Part shown: piece by piece, positions 59,534-64,000 of the stretch
Layout of the letters: the number at the start of each line of letters is the position of its first letter
Position numbering within the stretch: position 1 is the first letter of the stretch
Assembly: GCA_963836205.1 (NCBI GenBank)
Contig: CAWIIV010000006.1
Span: 320,001 to 384,000, forward strand
DNA length: 64,000 nt
From: an uncultured Acidimicrobiia bacterium
GTDB taxonomy: Bacteria; Actinomycetota; Acidimicrobiia; Acidimicrobiales; AC-14
Direction of reading: 5' to 3'
Notes under the pieces: generated by a model
What the model was told of the DNA's origin: nothing
The model's input: the letters and a program-made list of their open reading frames with translations, nothing else
Database searches by the model: none
Translations under genes and position numbers: made by a program

Positions 59534-60694
59534 TCACGTGCTCCGGGGGCCGATCGGCACCGGCGGCGGCTCCGGTGGGAGGTCGACCTCCTCCTCCAGT
59601 TGGCGGGCGGTCTGGCGAACGCCCGGGTGGAGGAGGGTGTAGAGGACGACGGCGAGGCCGATGACGGCGAAGGGCACCACCGCGTTGCCCTGGTTGGTGT
59701 AGGTCGGCATGAGGACGACGCCCGAGAGGATGGCCGTCCACGCCCAGAGGATGAACACCGAGCGACGGGGACCGTGGCCCTGGTTCATGAGCTTGTGGTG
59801 GAGGTGTTCCTTGTCGGCCTGGGACAGGGCCGTGCGCCGCCGGGCCCGGCGCACGATGGCCAGGGCAGTGTCGAGGAAGGGGATGCCGAGGATCACGAAG
59901 GGGATGATCAGGGGGGCGAAGAAGAAGAAGGTCTGGCCGCTGAACTGGTCGGCCGTGCGCCCGCCCACGGAGATGGTGGTGGCGGCCAGCAGCAGGCCCA
60001 GGAGCAGGGCCCCGCTGTCGCCCATGAACACCTTGGCCGGGTGGAAGTTGTGGGGCAGGAAACCGACGCAGATGCCGCAGGTGATGGCCACCACGAGGGG
60101 GGCGACGTTGTCGGGCGACAGCAGGCCCACGTCGGACAGGCGGTAGGCGTACAGGAAGATGGCCCCGGCGGCAATGGCGACGACGCCGGCGGCCAGCCCG
60201 TCGAGGCCGTCGATGAGGTTGACGGCGTTGGCCATGGCCACCACCCAGATCACGGTCATGAGGAAGCCGAGGTCGGGCGAGAGCACGAAGAAGTCGGCGA
60301 ACGGGACCCGGAAGTAGAACATGGTGACGCCCAGCAGGCCGAGGACCGACCCCGCCAGGACTTGGCCCGCGACCTTGGCCGGCGCCGACACCTCCCGCAG
60401 GTCGTCGAGCAGGCCGACGCCGAAGATGATCACCGCGGCCACGGCCACGCCCAACGGTTCCGACGACGATTCGAACACCGGCCGGAACTGGGGCAGGAAC
60501 CAGGCCACGCCCAGGGCCGCGAACAGGGCCAGGAGCATGGCCGCGCCCCCCAGGGTGGGCGTGGGCCGCAGGTGGATGCGGCGCTCGTCGGGCACCACCA
60601 CCGCCCCGATCTTGACCGAGACCCGCCACACCGCCGGCGTCAGGGCGTACGTGACCAGGGCCGCCACCGCGAAGACGATCCCGTAACCAAGCAT
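59534..60694 (-). CDS. wecA: MraY/WecA family polyprenyl-phosphate GlcNAc-1-phosphate transferase
   Basis: P.LGG, GLLDD, NAVNLIDGLDGLA, NFHPAKVFMGDSG, DKEHLHH. Confidence 0.9.
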   Translation of the reverse strand: MLGYGIVFAVAALVTYALTPAVWRVSVKIGAVVVPDERRIHLRPTPTLGGAAMLLALFAALGVAWFLPQFRPVFESSSEPLGVAVAAVIIFGVGLLDDLREVSAPAKVAGQVLAGSVLGLLGVTMFYFRVPFADFFVLSPDLGFLMTVIWVVAMANAVNLIDGLDGLAAGVVAIAAGAIFLYAYRLSDVGLLSPDNVAPLVVAITCGICVGFLPHNFHPAKVFMGDSGALLLGLLLAATTISVGGRTADQFSGQTFFFFAPLIIPFVILGIPFLDTALAIVRRARRRTALSQADKEHLHHKLMNQGHGPRRSVFILWAWTAILSGVVLMPTYTNQGNAVVPFAVIGLAVVLYTLLHPGVRQTARQLEEEVDLPPEPPPVPIGPRST

Positions 60695-60713
60695 CAGGTC
60701 CGCCCGCGGCGGT

Positions 60714-61982
60714 TCAGTCGTCCGGGTAGGGAGTGAACTTGGAGCAGAGGGTGGCGACCTCGTCGCGGATCTCGGCGACCGCCCCCTCGTCGTCGCGCTG
60801 GCGAAGGGTCCGGCCGATCAGGGCCGCGATCTCGCCCATCTCCGCCTCGCCCATGCCGGCGGTGGTGGTGGCGGCGGTGCCGAGCCGCAGGCCACTGGTG
60901 ACGAAGGGGGACCGGGGGTCGCCCGGGATCTGGTTCTTGTTCAGGGTGATCCCGGCCGCGTCGAGGACGTTCTGGGCCACCTTGCCGGTGAGCTCGGCGT
61001 CGAAGGGGCGCAGGTCGACCAGCATCAGGTGGTTGTCAGTCCCCCCCGAGACGAGGCGGAAACCCTCCCCCGCCAGGGCTTCGGCCAGGGCCCGGGCGTT
61101 GGCCACGACGCGGGCCGCGTAGTCCCGGAACGACGGCTGGGCGGCCTCGAGGAAGGCCACCGCCTTGGCCGCGATCACGTGCATGAGGGGCCCGCCCTGG
61201 AGGCCCGGGAACACGGCCTTGTCGATCGCAGTGGCGTGCTCGGAGGTGGTGAGGATGCAGCCCGCCCGCGGTCCCCGGAGGGTCTTGTGGGTGGTGAAGG
61301 TGACCACGTCGGAGTAGGGGACGGGGCTGGGATGGGCTCCCCCGGCGATGAGCCCGGCGATGTGGGCGGCGTCGAAGATGAGCAGGGCCCCGACCTCGTC
61401 GGCGATGGTGCGCAGAGGCTCGGGTTCGATGACCCGGGGGTAGGCGGTGGCGCCGGCCACGATTGCCTTGGGCCGGTGCTCCCGGGCCAGGTCGCGGATC
61501 TGGTCGTAGTCGAGGCGCTCGTCGCTCTCGCTGACGCCGTAGGAGACGAAGTGGTAGATACGCCCGGAGAAGTTGACCGGCGAGCCGTGGGTGAGGTGGC
61601 CGCCCTGGTCGAGGCGCATGCCGAGGACGGTGTCGCCCGGCTGGAGGAGGGCCAGGTAGGTGGCCATGTTGGCGTTGGCGCCGGAGTGGGGCTGGACGTT
61701 GGCGTGGTCGGCGCCGAAGAGGGCCTTGGCCCGCTCGCGGGCCAGGTCCTCGACCTCGTCGACCACGTAGTTGCCGCCGTAGTACCGGCGGCCGGGGTAG
61801 CCCTCGGCGTATTTGTTGGTGAGGACCGAGCCCTGAGCCGCCATCACCGCCGGCGACGTGAAGTTCTCCGAGGCGATGAGCTGGATGGTGGTGTTCTGTC
61901 GCTCCCGCTCCCGCCGGATGATGTCGAAGACGGCGGGATCGGCGCTGGCTTGGCGGTCGCCGAGAACATCGATCGGGGTCAC
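60714..61982 (-). CDS. glyA: serine hydroxymethyltransferase
   Basis: [55 protein letters not shown] overlap with the PTP stop. Confidence 0.97.
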   Translation of the reverse strand: MTPIDVLGDRQASADPAVFDIIRRERERQNTTIQLIASENFTSPAVMAAQGSVLTNKYAEGYPGRRYYGGNYVVDEVEDLARERAKALFGADHANVQPHSGANANMATYLALLQPGDTVLGMRLDQGGHLTHGSPVNFSGRIYHFVSYGVSESDERLDYDQIRDLAREHRPKAIVAGATAYPRVIEPEPLRTIADEVGALLIFDAAHIAGLIAGGAHPSPVPYSDVVTFTTHKTLRGPRAGCILTTSEHATAIDKAVFPGLQGGPLMHVIAAKAVAFLEAAQPSFRDYAARVVANARALAEALAGEGFRLVSGGTDNHLMLVDLRPFDAELTGKVAQNVLDAAGITLNKNQIPGDPRSPFVTSGLRLGTAATTTAGMGEAEMGEIAALIGRTLRQRDDEGAVAEIRDEVATLCSKFTPYPDD

Positions 61983-62545
61983 CGGTACGACTGCTCGTAG
62001 TGGGGCGCCCACAGGAGGGCGACGAGGCGGTCGAGTTGCTCGTCGAGCTCGACGACCATGCGCTCGTAGGCGTTGCGGGGCAGGCCGATCGGGTCGGCCA
62101 CGTCGTCGGCGTGGGAGTTGCCCAGCAGGTCGGACGAGGTGCGGCCGGCGTGGGCCCGGGCCAGCCAGTCGGCCACGCTCTCGTCGCCCATCCGGGGACC
62201 GATGGCCTCGCCCCGGCGGACCAGCTCCTTGAGGGTGAAGGTCTTGGGGAACGCAGCGGGAACCATCACCACCGCCTCCCGGACGTGCTCCCGGGCCATG
62301 CCCAACACGAGGTCGGCCGTGCGCACGGCCTCCGCGGTGAGGCGGCGGCTGCGGTGGCTGGTGATGTCGAGACCCCGCCCGGCCAGCGTGTCGATGCTGC
62401 TCGAATGGGCCGGTCGGCCGTCATCGAGCATGCCCGCCGACCGCACCTGGGCCTCCACGCCGAGGGCGTGGAGGCGGTGGCGGAGCATGGCTTCGGCCGC
62501 CGGGGAGCGGCAGATGTTCCCGGTGCACAGCATGAGGACCCTGAT
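61979..62545 (-). CDS. low-molecular-weight protein tyrosine phosphatase (Wzb/PtpA-like)
   Basis: CTGNICRS P-loop, SAG, ADLVL.M, DVADP. Start codon uncertain. Confidence 0.88.
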   Translation of the reverse strand: MRVLMLCTGNICRSPAAEAMLRHRLHALGVEAQVRSAGMLDDGRPAHSSSIDTLAGRGLDITSHRSRRLTAEAVRTADLVLGMAREHVREAVVMVPAAFPKTFTLKELVRRGEAIGPRMGDESVADWLARAHAGRTSSDLLGNSHADDVADPIGLPRNAYERMVVELDEQLDRLVALLWAPHYEQSYR

Positions 62546-62739
62546 GCAGCCGAGTCTAACGGCGCCCACCCGACCGATCGCGACCTCCTCCGATGGTCTT
62601 GCGCACCACCCCGAGCCGCTCGCCGCCGCCGTCACCCAGCGAGCCGGGCCAGCGGGGGACGACGAGTCGAGGGAATGTCACCTCCCCCGCGGGTGGCTCG
62701 GTAGTCTGGCCGCTGGCCCGACGACGAAAGGAGGCGGAC

Positions 62740-64000
62740 TTGCCGGCGAGCCAATCGAAGATGGGAACCGTGGTGGTGGTGGGGCAGGGCTATGTGGGCC
62801 TGCCGCTGGCCATGCGGGCGATCGAGGTGGGTTGGTCGGTGGTGGGCCTCGACGTCGACGACCACCGGGTCAAGCGCCTTAACGCAGGCGAGTCCTACGT
62901 GGAGGACGTGACTTCCGCCGTCCTGCTGGCGGCCATCGAGTCGGGCCGCTACCAGGCGTCCACCGACCCGGCCGACTGCGCCGGATTCGACGTGGCCGTC
63001 ATCACCGTCCCCACCCCCCTGCGTGACGGTGCCCCCGATCTCTCGTTCATCGAGGAGGGCACGGCCACCGTCGCCCGCTACCTCCGCCCCGGTGCCACCG
63101 TCGTGCTCGAGTCCACCACCTACCCCGGTACGACCGAGGAGCTGGTGGCGCCCATCCTCGAGGCGGGCTCGGGCCTGGCTGCCGGTACCGACTTCCACCT
63201 CGGATACAGCCCCGAACGAATCGACCCCGGCAACCGCACGCACGACCTGGTCACCACGCCCAAGGTGGTCTCCGGCATCGACCCCGCCTCCCTCGCGGGG
63301 GTGCAGGACTTCTAAGCTACGACACGATCGTCGACCACACGGTGCCGGTGTCGAGCCCCAAGGTGGCGGAGATGGTGAAGCTGCTGGAGAACACGTTCCG
63401 GCACGTCAACATCGCCTTGGTCAACGAGCTGGCCATGTTCGCCTCCGACCTGGGGGTCGACGTGTGGGAGGCCATCGACGCCGCGTCCACCAAGCCCTTC
63501 GGGTTCATGCGCTTTACGCCCGGGCCGGGCGTGGGCGGCCACTGCCTCCCCATCGACCCGAGCTACCTCTCCTGGCGGGTGAAGCGGCTGCTGGGCCAGC
63601 AGTTCCGGCTGATCGAGCAGGCCAACGACGTCAACGATCACATGCCCGACTTCGTGGTCCAGCGGTTGGTCCTCGGCCTCAACCGCAAGCAGCAGGCGGT
63701 GAACGGCAGCCGCATCCTGCTCCTCGGGCTGGCTTACAAGGCCAACACCAGCGACGACAGGCAGTCGCCGGCGGTGGTGATCGCCGACCGCCTGCTCACC
63801 CTCGGGGCCGGGGTTCGGGCTGCCGACCCCCACGTGCTCGAGGACCACACCGATCGCCGGGTGGTGCGGGTGACGGCCGACGCCGAGGAGCTGGCCGCGG
63901 CCGACGCCGTCATCCTCCTGGCCGACCACGACTCCTTCGACCTCGACCTGGTGTGGCGCTCCGCCCGCTACGTCCTCGACACCCGCCACTGCCTGCCGTC
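62740..64000 (+). pseudogene. UDP-N-acetylhexosamine 6-dehydrogenase (WbpA/WecC/TviB-like) disrupted at 63313; runs off the window end
   Basis: AAAGGAGG SD, GQGYVGLP, VPTP, ESTTYPGTT, SPERIDPG, then TAA. Continues in another frame with KLLENTFR.VNIA, GPGVGGHC.PIDP, GLAYK. Confidence 0.88.

Noticed and set aside
63313-63315. stop-codon readthrough or recoding (Sec/Pyl)
   Set aside because: The stop is TAA and the downstream half is in a different frame, so readthrough would not restore the protein.

Overview
High-GC actinobacterial DNA. The gene content and leaderless TANNNT promoters suggest Acidimicrobiia, which is an inference. The window is mostly a large mosaic cell-surface glycan locus. 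Block 1 (1-26 kb) is a Wzx/Wzy pathway with a full pseudaminic-acid set (pseG-pseH fusion, pseI, pseB, pseC, pseF), a KpsS-like transferase and many tailoring enzymes, interrupted by an M4 protease with six Calx-beta domains. Block 2 (26-39 kb) has a frameshifted wzc, a CapD/PglF dehydratase, a head-to-head pair of unknown proteins sharing a 7-Cys N-terminal domain plus coiled coil, methyltransferases, two FG-GAP-repeat secreted proteins and a membrane-anchored Cys-repeat protein. Block 3 (39-56 kb) is a second Wzx/Wzy cluster with a priming transferase, DUF4012, intact wzc and cysC/cysD/cysN. Block 4 (56-64 kb) has Uma2, small exported two-Cys proteins with a MauE/DoxX protein, Rrf2, wecA-like, glyA, LMW-PTP and a nucleotide-sugar dehydrogenase broken by a 5-bp TA-xxx-TA insertion. 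The best novelty candidates are the 7-Cys/coiled-coil gene pair, the 15-aa PCxxxxC repeat protein, a possibly hyper-modified (amino/amidino/methyl) nonulosonic acid, and small disulfide-stapled helical modules. No rRNA, tRNA, CRISPR array or intact transposase was seen. All calls come from reading motifs; no database searches were run.
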